IMG/VR virus record: IMGVR_UViG_3300030104_006170 | From: a virus | Lineage: Duplodnaviria > Caudoviricetes | Length of the DNA: 64,000 nucleotides | Direction: 5' to 3' (one strand) | Shown here: piece after piece, positions 27,670-37,860 of the stretch | Layout: the number at the start of each line of letters is the position of its first letter | Numbering within the stretch: position 1 is the first letter of the stretch | Program-made: the position numbers and the translations under genes | Notes under the pieces: generated by a model | What the model was told of the DNA's origin: nothing | The model's input: only the letters and a program-made list of their open reading frames with translations | Database searches by the model: none

Positions 27670-30600
27670 TATATTACTGTATCAGCTAATTCTTCATCAA
27701 CATATTTTCTCACAAAGGTGTTAAATGATGTAGCACCTGGTCTTAATCCAAAATAATAAAATAGTGGTTGGGAGAACACATAGGACCTACTGTCTGGAAT
27801 AGTACCATTCATGACAGGATAATTATTGCCGGCAAATGTAAATGGTGGGTTACCCATATAGTGTTGGAAGTTTCCGTCACTCACATATGGTGCAGATGCC
27901 GGTGCTGGATGTAGTACCGAACCGTCTTCTTCATCAAATGATATTGCTGGTAGTATAGACATTGCTGGTCCTGGTATACCAAATGCATATCTATATTCTC
28001 CAGTAGTACCTAACCAGTCATTCCAAACTGTACCCCAACCTCCGTATGGTTGACCACCTACGGTAGCAGTTGAACTGACATTATCCAAATGCCATGGATA
28101 AAATGGAACATTCTGACTGGATGCGGATAATTCCATTGTTAAACAATCTATCAAATCTTGACCATTCATAATCACTTGAGTGGAAGCCGTAAATAATAGT
28201 GGCTCCCATAAAAGAGTGTGTGTAAAGTTTCCTGGGTCATTTATGTCATTTACATTAAGTGCATTTGGCACATATGTACCCCCAACAAAATTTGGTGATG
28301 GGTATGTTAATCCACTATTTGGTGCTACATTTGATGGTGTTGTAGATATATTAAGTTGGTAATCACATTCACAAGCTGTCGTACCTACATTAGCTTCATA
28401 TCCTACCACACCCAACATACAGTTTTGCATAAGTGCTTGTGCGACATCACCACCAATTTCGTATTCTGGACGTGGGAAGAAAGTAGACATTGAAGCTAGT
28501 GGTTGTTGCATTTTAAGGTTATAGGTGTCAGAAACAAGTTCTGTAATGTCTTGGAATGTTGTACTGCCTATCTGGTCAGTAACTGAACATTCATTAACGT
28601 AATTAGGGTCCATACAGATTTGTTGTATACATTGATTTCTGGAACCCATATCTACCATTGTCGTTGGGAATAGTATGTGTCTATCCATATCACCTTTACC
28701 GTGCATATCACTTGTGTTGTTACCACCCCAGAACTGATACCATGGTTTATAAACTCCGTCAGTATCACCAATATAATTACCTTGATTTACACCGATACCA
28801 CTAACTTGGAAAGGGGTTGACCTATAATAGAAAGCATGTTCTGTTGGGTGTAGATAGGTTAATTTTTTACACCACGATGAATTGGTGGCATAGGTATCAT
28901 TTGCTGGGTCATACTCTACTTTAGCTCTAAACTGGAATTGGTATAAGAATCCACTTACCCAACTATTTTCCCAAAAATAATTCATAACACCATTACACAA
29001 TGCTTGTGCTATTTTTTCCCTTCTAGTCCATTCTATTAAAACTTTAAGATTGTAGTTTGGTCCGATACAAGCTGGGCTAAAACATATTAATTTTACATAA
29101 CACCCACCACCAGCAACCCCATCATTTTGTGTGCCTGATGTTTGGGGGTCATTGACATCATCCGACCTAAAACCATAATGGTCTGGACAACAAACTCTTG
29201 TTTCGTCACTTTCGGAACAACAATCGTGTTCCCATTTACCACCAAAGTCATCACCAGTAGCACCATTACCTGGTGGACATTGTGGAGCTGCTGGACAATC
29301 TGGAGGACCAGATGCTGTGGTATTACCGGATGCTCCCCATGGTAATGAACCAGGGCAAGGCCATTGTGAGGCTAGGTATATAAGAGAATCTGTTACTGCC
29401 ATATCACCCATAGTCCTACATAAACATTTTTCACATTCAGGATATTTTGTTTGTCTTAAAGTAAACAATACAAATCCCATTCTTAAACCAAAATATCTAC
29501 AATCAGTACCACAACCAAAACAATTACCACCACTAATACAAATTTGTCCACATTCTTCTGGTGGTGCACCATTAGGTCCAATTAGGGAAGCCATATCTAA
29601 TATTGTAAAACCCCAAAGAGTGATATGAATACAATATATTGCACACCAAAGCCAACATAATAACCACATAATAAATAATATAACCCCCAGTATTAAGCTT
29701 AAGAATACAGCTAGCGTTGATATTAGTATTGTTAAGAACATGTAAATCATCCCTAGAAAATCTATAAGGAACATCCAAAGGAATACCATTAAACTAGGAG
29801 CTCTTACCGCACTATTTATTGGGAAAAACATTGCTGTGGTAGCACATTGTTGGTCCGCTTCAGGTAATATATTTTTTATACCCACAAATTCTCTTCTACC
29901 TCCATGTTTAATATGGTCATGAAATTGTGAAAAAGTATATACCCTGTTAAATGTCATGTCATAAAAAACATCTTTTGCTGCAGGCATTAAATTTCTTTGT
30001 GCCCAAGGATTGTAGTCACTATAATTTACAGAAAAAGCGTAAGAAGAAGGGTCTATACCTGGCCAATCCCCATTATCGTCACCTGCCCATGGGTCATAAA
30101 ATTCCCTGATGTTAGGTACTAGGTAACTAGCTATTCTTCTTTGTCTTGCTCCTCCCGTTGCTTGTTCAGGTCTTATTCTAAATCTACATCTCGCTCTAGT
30201 AGGTACCCCTATACTTGGGTCATCTGAAAGTACCATTTCCCCAAATTCATTAGTTGTCATATAATCTAAATTCATTGGTATGTGGACTAAGAAAGAACCT
30301 GTATCGTCAATTACCCTACCCCCATTAGGTAAGTAAAATCTTTCAAGTATTGGGACTTCTCCACCTAGAGGTGCACCCCACCCTCCTGCTGTATAAGCGG
30401 GGTAAGCGTTTGGGTCATCTTGGAAAAATGGGGTATACCTTATACAATCTATTATCCCTGGTTTGGATATTAAACTACATAGTTCACCCATTGCTGCTTT
30501 TGGTCTACAGTTTTTATTTACAGAATCTTTGTCAGTATCAGATGCGGTACTACCCATAAACACAGCATTAGGTTCTAATTTAAACCCTGTTTGTCCTAAA

Positions 30601-31331
30601 TCAAAATCAACCCTAGTTATTGCCGCTCTACAAAATTCTTCGTCACCCCAAAAAGGTCTAACATCTATAGATTTTTGTTGACTTAGTACTTGAGGTAGAC
30701 TGTCTATAACCACATCATCTCTAAATTTTGCTCCATCAAAATCAGAGTCTGGAAATCCTTTTATCTTAAAATCTTCTGGTAATAAAGAAAAACAACCTAT
30801 GTCACTTACATCAACATCCATTATGATAGTTTGGTCCCCTACTGGAACACCATATATCATAAAGTCACCTGACTCATTAGTTTTAACCGTATACTTATAG
30901 TACTTATCGTACACGTGTTTTACCTCTTGTTTGTTTAAAACATCATTTAATGTAGGAAAACTACCAACTGTAACATGACAGTCAAAGTTTGGTTCACTAC
31001 TTAATAGATTATATCTTTTACCATCTTCAGTTACGTCAAAGGGTTCTTTGAAGGGATAAAGTTCTTTTATTACGAGGTTTTGTTCATCTTCTTCGGTTAG
31101 TGGGATAAATATAGATACTTTGGCGTTTGGTATTCCAAATCCTCCGTTAGTTATAACCCTACCGACAACTACACCAAAATCTGCACACATACGTGTATAA
31201 ACATCTTGTTGTGTTAATGAAAGACTAAGAATTTCAAGTAAGTCAAAGTTTTGGCTGAGTTCAAAAGTTACATTCTTGTCTTTTGCTCCACCAACTCTAA
31301 CATCTGTCCTTACTCTAAATGATTTACCCAT
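27669..31331 (-). CDS. Large virion protein with prealbumin/carboxypeptidase-regulatory-like N-domain, central hydrophobic segment and Cys-rich region
   Basis: VVVGRVITNGGFGIPNAKVSIF and YTVKTNESGDFMIYGVPVG motifs; a ~70-aa hydrophobic stretch at 29580-29792. Confidence 0.6.
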   Translation of the reverse strand: MGKSFRVRTDVRVGGAKDKNVTFELSQNFDLLEILSLSLTQQDVYTRMCADFGVVVGRVITNGGFGIPNAKVSIFIPLTEEDEQNLVIKELYPFKEPFDVTEDGKRYNLLSSEPNFDCHVTVGSFPTLNDVLNKQEVKHVYDKYYKYTVKTNESGDFMIYGVPVGDQTIIMDVDVSDIGCFSLLPEDFKIKGFPDSDFDGAKFRDDVVIDSLPQVLSQQKSIDVRPFWGDEEFCRAAITRVDFDLGQTGFKLEPNAVFMGSTASDTDKDSVNKNCRPKAAMGELCSLISKPGIIDCIRYTPFFQDDPNAYPAYTAGGWGAPLGGEVPILERFYLPNGGRVIDDTGSFLVHIPMNLDYMTTNEFGEMVLSDDPSIGVPTRARCRFRIRPEQATGGARQRRIASYLVPNIREFYDPWAGDDNGDWPGIDPSSYAFSVNYSDYNPWAQRNLMPAAKDVFYDMTFNRVYTFSQFHDHIKHGGRREFVGIKNILPEADQQCATTAMFFPINSAVRAPSLMVFLWMFLIDFLGMIYMFLTILISTLAVFLSLILGVILFIMWLLCWLWCAIYCIHITLWGFTILDMASLIGPNGAPPEECGQICISGGNCFGCGTDCRYFGLRMGFVLFTLRQTKYPECEKCLCRTMGDMAVTDSLIYLASQWPCPGSLPWGASGNTTASGPPDCPAAPQCPPGNGATGDDFGGKWEHDCCSESDETRVCCPDHYGFRSDDVNDPQTSGTQNDGVAGGGCYVKLICFSPACIGPNYNLKVLIEWTRREKIAQALCNGVMNYFWENSWVSGFLYQFQFRAKVEYDPANDTYATNSSWCKKLTYLHPTEHAFYYRSTPFQVSGIGVNQGNYIGDTDGVYKPWYQFWGGNNTSDMHGKGDMDRHILFPTTMVDMGSRNQCIQQICMDPNYVNECSVTDQIGSTTFQDITELVSDTYNLKMQQPLASMSTFFPRPEYEIGGDVAQALMQNCMLGVVGYEANVGTTACECDYQLNISTTPSNVAPNSGLTYPSPNFVGGTYVPNALNVNDINDPGNFTHTLLWEPLLFTASTQVIMNGQDLIDCLTMELSASSQNVPFYPWHLDNVSSTATVGGQPYGGWGTVWNDWLGTTGEYRYAFGIPGPAMSILPAISFDEEDGSVLHPAPASAPYVSDGNFQHYMGNPPFTFAGNNYPVMNGTIPDSRSYVFSQPLFYYFGLRPGATSFNTFVRKYVDEELADTVI

Positions 31332-31444
31332 AGTTTATATTATTACACCCCCTAAAATAATTTATTGCATTTATGGTGCTTATAACATAAATAGTTCCAC
31401 CATTAAAACTAAAAGTACTTAACATGGGGTTATAGTAAAGATTA

Positions 31445-33283
31445 TTAAAGTACTGGTTTAGATGGTTTCTTGTATCTAATTGCGATGTCTTGGTTTGGAA
31501 AACGTATTTGAAGTACTTCGTTTGGTTGAGCGTAGATAGTATCGTCAATTAACCCTATTTGTTTTGTAGTCGCGTTAACATAAGGTTGTGTTGTTACTGA
31601 TTGTGAATAATTACCCCCTACTTTATTAAAAACTAAAATATCAGTTAGATTTAAGACTCCCGGTTGGTTCATGATAAAAGCTCTTAGGTTACCTAAAGCT
31701 AAGTCTTCACCTAATTCCATTTTGTCAACAGCAAAATAATCACTTATTTTGGTTATAACATTAGTCACTATTTCACCTTCATTTGCATCTTTTTCTAAAA
31801 TTAAGTCAATAGAAAAAGCTAAATCTATCACTCTAGCGGCACCAACAACAACATAGTCGTTTAACATCCTATAATTAGATAAATAATTTGCTATATTATT
31901 TTTAAGAGTCTCACTAACTAATGAAGTTAGTTTACCATCTGGGGTGTATGAAAGTACATTAACGTTAACTTTATTTTCTATTTCTGTCACACCAACTTTT
32001 GCGGGTGCACCAAATGTAGCCGGCATAGTTCTTAATTTAGAAACATAATCATTAATTGTCACCCCTCTATTTTGAGCTGCAAAATTAAAAGATATATAAT
32101 TTCTTATTTCATCTGGTGTCATTTGGTTTGCTCCCCCGATAGCAGCGGTAGTATTAGTCACAGCTAAACTACTTACGACAGTTTGGTTTATTTGTTGGCT
32201 AGGACCACCGACCACAAAATCTATAGTACCCACCGTATTAACTGCACCAGCTCCAATATTTGCGGCTTTACCACCCCCAACTCTATATTGTATGAAAAGT
32301 GTGGTATTTGCTTTAACTGAATTACCTAAAGCTATATTATTTAAAAATTTAGACATATTTAATTTAACACCTTTAGATGCAAAATTATCTAATAGGTCTT
32401 GGGAGGTTTGGTTACCACTACCAAATGTTAAATGAAAAAATCCTTCCGGTGTAAATTCTGTTATAAATCTTTGTGGTACTGTTATATATTTACCGACTTT
32501 AATTCCTGGCATATCAGCAGGTATAGATGGGTCTAAAACAAAAACTTCATTTTGTGCTAATGCTTCAACTTCATACCATTTATTAGAAGTAGTCGATAGG
32601 AATTCACTATTTGCTGGTATAGTTTGGTATCCTAGTCCTGGTTTTTGTATTACGGATGTTACACCAATTACATTTTTTTCAGGTAAAAATATTTTATAGA
32701 ACGGTTTGGAGTCCGCATCTGTAATTTCTTTTTTAAATACTTTAGTTATCCCATTAACAACGACCTCTCTCTTTACTATTGTGTAATTTTGGGTTATCCC
32801 ATTTGCGTCTTTATTAGGTATTTTAGTTTGGTTGGGTACTCCTTCTGCATTGTATTGAGATGAAAAATCACAATCTTCAACCAACTCAAATACTTGACCC
32901 GCACCTCTAAATTGTGAACCAGCTCTTAATCTACCCAAATATTTAAAATCTTCTTTATCACCTAATACTGGTACTATGATAGACAAATCTACAACCGTAA
33001 CAGAAGGTCTATTACCAGGTATTTTTAACCCATAAGTTTTTGCTATATTATATAAAGAACTTCTTTCTTGTGCGTATTGTAAAACTGTCTCTTGGAATGT
33101 CCTGTCTATCTGGAAGTTTAAATTGTCTGCTACCGCAGCATTAAGGTCTAAAAATACAGAATATATAGAAGCGTCATTCGCGTTTTTAATTAAATCTGGA
33201 TAGTAAGTATTAGTTAATCTTAATAACTCATTTCTTACTCCTAGAAAATCTCTTTCTGTATATGCTATTTTTTTCTCTGCCAT
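31445..33283 (-). CDS. Baseplate wedge protein (T4 gp6 / Baseplate J-like)
   Basis: YTERDFLGVRNEL N-terminus, QYRVGGG..NIGAG, AAIGGAN..EIR..FAAQNRGVTINDY motifs; follows the gp25-like gene. Confidence 0.85.
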   Translation of the reverse strand: MAEKKIAYTERDFLGVRNELLRLTNTYYPDLIKNANDASIYSVFLDLNAAVADNLNFQIDRTFQETVLQYAQERSSLYNIAKTYGLKIPGNRPSVTVVDLSIIVPVLGDKEDFKYLGRLRAGSQFRGAGQVFELVEDCDFSSQYNAEGVPNQTKIPNKDANGITQNYTIVKREVVVNGITKVFKKEITDADSKPFYKIFLPEKNVIGVTSVIQKPGLGYQTIPANSEFLSTTSNKWYEVEALAQNEVFVLDPSIPADMPGIKVGKYITVPQRFITEFTPEGFFHLTFGSGNQTSQDLLDNFASKGVKLNMSKFLNNIALGNSVKANTTLFIQYRVGGGKAANIGAGAVNTVGTIDFVVGGPSQQINQTVVSSLAVTNTTAAIGGANQMTPDEIRNYISFNFAAQNRGVTINDYVSKLRTMPATFGAPAKVGVTEIENKVNVNVLSYTPDGKLTSLVSETLKNNIANYLSNYRMLNDYVVVGAARVIDLAFSIDLILEKDANEGEIVTNVITKISDYFAVDKMELGEDLALGNLRAFIMNQPGVLNLTDILVFNKVGGNYSQSVTTQPYVNATTKQIGLIDDTIYAQPNEVLQIRFPNQDIAIRYKKPSKPVL

Positions 33284-33284
33284 A

Positions 33285-33752
33285 CTATAAATCTATTATA
33301 ACAAAATCTTTAGTTTCAAACACACCATCTCCTGATGTGTAATCAATTCTAACTCTCATGGAGTAATTTCTTTGTGCTTCACCAACAAAACTCATATTAC
33401 CATCATCCATCGATAAATCTGTAGTTTGTTCATTTAATTTTTCTTCAGCTTTTAAATCTTCTAAAGTTTTTACCTCAACACTATTTATGGTTAATCCCGG
33501 TATATACTTATTGACCGCTTCCCTTATTTCTCTCTCAATAGATATTTTAGTGGTGGTATCCATTAATTCAAAAACATATTTATTTAAATTAGTACCAAAA
33601 TCAGGTAAAAAATACCTAGACCCTTTTGGGGTAAGTACTAAATGAATTAGGTTAGACCTCACTTCACTATCCGTATCTGTGTTTAGTCCTAAAAAAAATC
33701 CTTCTGGACTATCTACAAATGGAAATGTTATACCGTATCTTTGTGTTGGCAT
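33285..33752 (-). CDS. Baseplate wedge protein, T4 gp25 / P2 gpW-like
   Basis: VRSNLIHLVLTPKGSRYFLPDFGTNL..FE motif; directly precedes the gp6-like gene. Confidence 0.9.
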   Translation of the reverse strand: MPTQRYGITFPFVDSPEGFFLGLNTDTDSEVRSNLIHLVLTPKGSRYFLPDFGTNLNKYVFELMDTTTKISIEREIREAVNKYIPGLTINSVEVKTLEDLKAEEKLNEQTTDLSMDDGNMSFVGEAQRNYSMRVRIDYTSGDGVFETKDFVIIDL

Positions 33753-33803
33753 TTCTTTTTTATAATAAATACTTCAAAGATTGGTTTATTATAGTGTTGG
33801 TTG

Positions 33804-34010
33804 TTATGCTAATACTTTATTGTTTTGTTGATGGATTGGTTGGTATGGACAGTGTCTACAGTTGTTACCGCAACAATAGCCTCTTTTTTTGTGGTACTCT
33901 TCTGTCATCACCATTCTACCTTCTTCCCAGTAAAAATCTTTTGGTTGTAATTTAGGTTTTATAAATTCTCTATAATATAATTCTTCAATCCAGTCGTCTT
34001 TTATTTTCAT
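33804..34010 (-). CDS. Small Cys-rich protein (DUF5522-like)
   Basis: GRMVMTEEYHKKRGYCCGNNCRHCPY motif. Confidence 0.75.
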   Translation of the reverse strand: MKIKDDWIEELYYREFIKPKLQPKDFYWEEGRMVMTEEYHKKRGYCCGNNCRHCPYQPIHQQNNKVLA

Positions 34011-34025
34011 TTTAATTTATATTAG

Positions 34026-34063
34026 ATAATAAATGGTGACTCAAAAGAATCACCATTTATTAT
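34026..34063 (-). terminator. Long hairpin downstream of RNR, probable intrinsic terminator
   Basis: Perfect 14-bp arms ataataaatggtga / tcaccatttattat, extendable to 17 bp with a G-U pair on the minus-strand RNA. Confidence 0.7.
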
Positions 34064-34083
34064 AATTTATTTTAAATCTTAGT

Positions 34084-35988
34084 TTAACTTAATTCAACTT
34101 CTTTTTCTTTATCAAGAGATTTAACATCTACATCTATTTCACAACTTCCTCCCGCACATGCTAATTCACCAGTTAAATTTGTATTGTCATCTAATTCAAC
34201 TACCTTACTTAAATCAACATCTTTTAAAGATTTCATCATTTCATTATACTGTTCTTCAGTGATATCTTCGAATGGTGCTTGTGTATAGGTACCACCATTG
34301 TATGGTAATACTGATAGACCATTATATGATTTTCTATTTTCCCACATCCATTCTCCAGCTTTATCCCAGTCATTTTCTTTTAAACTAATTGTTGCTGACA
34401 CGTTATGTGAGTTTGAGCCGTTTCTATGTCCAGATTTTACCCACTCTGTAGCTACCTTTTTAACTCTTTCTAACAAATCAAAAGGTGACTCTGTTCTTAA
34501 AATAGAACCTTTCGGTGCTTTTTGTGGTATACTAATAACAGCTGTATCATGTGGTCTGAAGTATTCATCTTCAACTAATTCTGGGTGATTAATATTTAAA
34601 TAGGTATAAATTGCCTCATTTTTACCAACTCTAACTCTTCTAATATAATAATCATTATGCCATGCATGAATACCTGAAGATGTTCCTAATGTTAATGATG
34701 TTGTTCCTGCAGGTTTTACTGTCGTACATCTCGCTGAAGGATTTATGTCTATAAGTTTAGAAACTCTTGTATTTTCTCTTTTTACTAGACTAGCAGCTTT
34801 TTTCATGTCATATTTTAGTACTTTTCCAGAACCAATACCTGTCATTGACACACCTATAAGAGCGTCTTTTTCTGTTGTCTCTTGCCATATTTCTCTTAGA
34901 TAGTGGAAGGAAGTATATCCTGCTTGTAATGTACCTATAAATGCTGCTGCCTTAACTCTGTCATTTAAATCTTCTTGTGATTCAATATTTGAGACATTTA
35001 CTTCACATAAGTTACAGAATTGATTTGGTCTTAAAGCAATTTCACAACAAGGATTGGTTCCCCAATCTTTATCGTTGTTTAAATAAATTCCAGGTTCTCC
35101 CGCTCCAGATAATTCAACCCTTTTCCATAAATCCATAAAAAATTCTTTAGTAATTTTATGTCTCATTAAACATGCTGAATTATTTGCTCTACCTCTCTGT
35201 GGGTTTAGTTCCCACCAATTACCTGATTTACATCCAATCATAGCATCGTCATCAGCACTAAACAAACTAATAAGAGCTGCTCTACGTATTCCACCTGCCA
35301 ATACCGCGTCTGCAATATGACATACGATATCATGTACTTCAATAGTTGTAAGTTGTTCTCCATTTTCTTTTTGATTTAATAAACCTTCAATTTTCACTAA
35401 ACATTCTTTTAGTGGTTGAGGTCCTGGTGCTTTACCACCTGATGTTATTAATCTAGCTCCTTTTGGTCTAATATCAGAATAATCAAATTCTACTCTACTA
35501 CCACCACCATTCATATATGTTTTCATAAGAACTTTAATTGCGTCTGCCCATCCTTCAATACTATCACCAATTAAGAATCTTTTCTTTCTTTTTGGATATG
35601 GTTGTTGGATTACGGGTAATTTTTTTACATGGTGTTTTTGTACCGAATATCCAACACCTGTACCTCCTAGTAATAAAAACATTGTCTCACTAAAAGAGTC
35701 AATATGGTCAATAGGTACATAAGCACAGTTATAGATTCTATTAGGACTAATCTCAATAGGTTTACCACCAAATTGCATACTTCTCATTGAGGGTAAGACT
35801 TTTTTATCATAAACAAATTTGTATTTTTGTTCTATTTCTTCTTTTAAATGCGGATATTTCTTTATATGCATTTTTTTATTTCGGGTAACTAATTCATCCC
35901 ACGTTTCTCTTCTATTTAGTTCCGGAATATACTTAGCGTACTTCATGTAGACAGTAATATCCGACAGAATCTTATTTGATACTTCCAT
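34084..35988 (-). CDS. nrdJ: Class II (adenosylcobalamin-dependent) ribonucleotide reductase, monomeric RTPR type
   Basis: KVLPSMRSMQFGG, NCAY, GGTGVGYSVQ, TNPCCEI (N-C-E), TVKPAGTTS and C-terminal CAGGSC; no small-subunit gene adjacent. Confidence 0.92.
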   Translation of the reverse strand: MEVSNKILSDITVYMKYAKYIPELNRRETWDELVTRNKKMHIKKYPHLKEEIEQKYKFVYDKKVLPSMRSMQFGGKPIEISPNRIYNCAYVPIDHIDSFSETMFLLLGGTGVGYSVQKHHVKKLPVIQQPYPKRKKRFLIGDSIEGWADAIKVLMKTYMNGGGSRVEFDYSDIRPKGARLITSGGKAPGPQPLKECLVKIEGLLNQKENGEQLTTIEVHDIVCHIADAVLAGGIRRAALISLFSADDDAMIGCKSGNWWELNPQRGRANNSACLMRHKITKEFFMDLWKRVELSGAGEPGIYLNNDKDWGTNPCCEIALRPNQFCNLCEVNVSNIESQEDLNDRVKAAAFIGTLQAGYTSFHYLREIWQETTEKDALIGVSMTGIGSGKVLKYDMKKAASLVKRENTRVSKLIDINPSARCTTVKPAGTTSLTLGTSSGIHAWHNDYYIRRVRVGKNEAIYTYLNINHPELVEDEYFRPHDTAVISIPQKAPKGSILRTESPFDLLERVKKVATEWVKSGHRNGSNSHNVSATISLKENDWDKAGEWMWENRKSYNGLSVLPYNGGTYTQAPFEDITEEQYNEMMKSLKDVDLSKVVELDDNTNLTGELACAGGSCEIDVDVKSLDKEKEVELS

Positions 35989-36001
35989 ATTTTACTTTTT
36001 A

Positions 36002-37381
36002 TTAATTATTTTTGTTTATTATTTGTTCTCTTCTTTGGAGAGCTCGAGCTACTCTTTCTCTATTTCTATTTGTTTTTTCTTCCTCAAAACCAAGGAATGT
36101 TTGTGTAGTTTCAGTGTCTATTTCTAAAGTTCCATTATCAAATTTACAATTTTCAAATATGACACCATCTCTTCCTAGTCTTGATTTTACAATAGCTATA
36201 GTTGCTAATCCCATTTCTTTTTGTTGTAAAGTCTTTGCGACTGAAATAATTACGTGTCCCACTTGTGCTTTCTTAATAGAACCTCCCATTTGGTCTGTGG
36301 TTACAACATCTGAAGAAATAGAACTTCTATTACCTTGTGTTGCTGTCCAACCTGCTATATTTAATTCGTGACACATGCCCTCAAATTTTCTCATAACAGA
36401 ACCTTCACCTTTCCATTCGTCATTAAATGAACGGTCTGGTAATATACAGTCAATGTAATCAATTAATACTATATCTATTTTAGTTCCTTCAGATATAATT
36501 TTTCTTACTTGATTTTTAATCTGTAACATTGTCATTTCATCCGAAGGTAATTTTTTTAATATTAATTTACCTCCAGTTTTTTTCATTTCATCTGCTTTAT
36601 CTAATACAGTTTCTTTATGATTACTTAACTCATCGTTAGGTATTCCTGTCCAACAGGTAAAATGTTTTCTTTGTATAATTTTAGGGTTATCTTCAAAAAA
36701 TATTTGTAATACATTATAACCCATATTAAATGCTGTGTTAGCAAATCTAGTTAACATAGTTGTCTTACCAACACCTGTGGGTGCTAAAACCACACCTATT
36801 TCCCCTTTAGCCAAACCACCATTTAATATATTATCTAGTCCGTCAACCCCTGTTGGTAGTGGATGTCTATAGTCATCCTCCAATAGTTTTTCTAATTCTG
36901 TAAAAATTTCAAAACTACCCATATCACCATCACCAATTTTAATAGCGTCACGTATATATTCTTCACACTTATCATAACTTTCAAAGTCACCTTTTTCCAT
37001 TATATTTTCAACTTTTCTGATAGCTTTTTTAAGTTCTTGTTGTTTACAGAACTTAATGGACTTTTCTTTGATAAATAAGTGGTCTTCAAATGAAACTTCT
37101 TTAATCTCTTTTAACATGTCAAAAATATTTTTTCTTGCCATTTCAGAAGAAATTTCTATCCTTGTTAGTTGGTCTAAAGCGTCAAATGAAGGTGCTGTTT
37201 GGTATTTCTCATAATACTCCTTAATTAATTGCATAATCAATCTGAAGTACTGGTTGTCAAAATATTTGGCGATAATCGCATCAATTATTGACTGGAAAAA
37301 AGTATTATCTGTTACTATTAGGTTAATTAATTTTAACTGAAAGTTATAACCTAAATAACCAAAATTTTTATTGTCTGTCAT
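36002..37381 (-). CDS. dnaB: Replicative DNA helicase (DnaB / T4 gp41-like)
   Basis: Walker A APTGVGKT, IDYID Walker B, WTATQGNR and KSRLG motifs. Confidence 0.92.
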   Translation of the reverse strand: MTDNKNFGYLGYNFQLKLINLIVTDNTFFQSIIDAIIAKYFDNQYFRLIMQLIKEYYEKYQTAPSFDALDQLTRIEISSEMARKNIFDMLKEIKEVSFEDHLFIKEKSIKFCKQQELKKAIRKVENIMEKGDFESYDKCEEYIRDAIKIGDGDMGSFEIFTELEKLLEDDYRHPLPTGVDGLDNILNGGLAKGEIGVVLAPTGVGKTTMLTRFANTAFNMGYNVLQIFFEDNPKIIQRKHFTCWTGIPNDELSNHKETVLDKADEMKKTGGKLILKKLPSDEMTMLQIKNQVRKIISEGTKIDIVLIDYIDCILPDRSFNDEWKGEGSVMRKFEGMCHELNIAGWTATQGNRSSISSDVVTTDQMGGSIKKAQVGHVIISVAKTLQQKEMGLATIAIVKSRLGRDGVIFENCKFDNGTLEIDTETTQTFLGFEEEKTNRNRERVARALQRREQIINKNN

Positions 37382-37410
37382 ATTTTTTTATTCTTTTAAT
37401 AAATACTAGA

Positions 37411-37860
37411 TTAGTTGACCATTAGGTCATAATCTTGGTAGTTGGTTGTAACTTTTCTTTGTGATAGTACTCCGGTCAATTCTCTTAATATATAAGATAT
37501 TTGTGGTCTTATATCTACCGTGTATCTAACTTTTGGGGGATAGATGTTGGCAGGTGTAATTGTGTCGTAAATTACCTTGTTTCCTTTTTTTATAGTTATC
37601 GTAAAATACTCATCTTCTGAACCTTCATCTAAAACATTTTCTCTGAAGTTACTTTCTAATAAATATAAAGTTTTAAGCTTTAAGTCATCCACAATATCAT
37701 TAACTACACCTTGTACAGCATAATGTAAGTCTATTGAGTTAGTTGCTCTATTGTTAAAGTTCCTAACTGAAAAGAATCTCTGACAAACTATATTATTACC
37801 TAATTTTAATACGAATTCACACTTTTGTGTATTTTCTCCTTTTTGTTTAATTTTACTCAT
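37411..37860 (-). CDS. Hypothetical protein in replication block
   Basis: 149-aa ORF whose ATG overlaps the exonuclease stop (ATGA). Confidence 0.75.
   Translation of the reverse strand: MSKIKQKGENTQKCEFVLKLGNNIVCQRFFSVRNFNNRATNSIDLHYAVQGVVNDIVDDLKLKTLYLLESNFRENVLDEGSEDEYFTITIKKGNKVIYDTITPANIYPPKVRYTVDIRPQISYILRELTGVLSQRKVTTNYQDYDLMVN

Noticed and set aside
31324-31548. 74-aa minus-strand ORF bridging gp6-like and 1220-aa genes; possible frameshift extension
   Set aside because: Overlaps both neighbours, no slippery site recognised, and a TATTTAT motif lies inside it, indicating an intergenic region.
33719-33955. Hydrophobic plus-strand ORF resembling a holin
   Set aside because: Antisense to the DUF5522-like and gp25-like genes, which have clear motifs; hydrophobicity is expected from AT-rich antisense reading.
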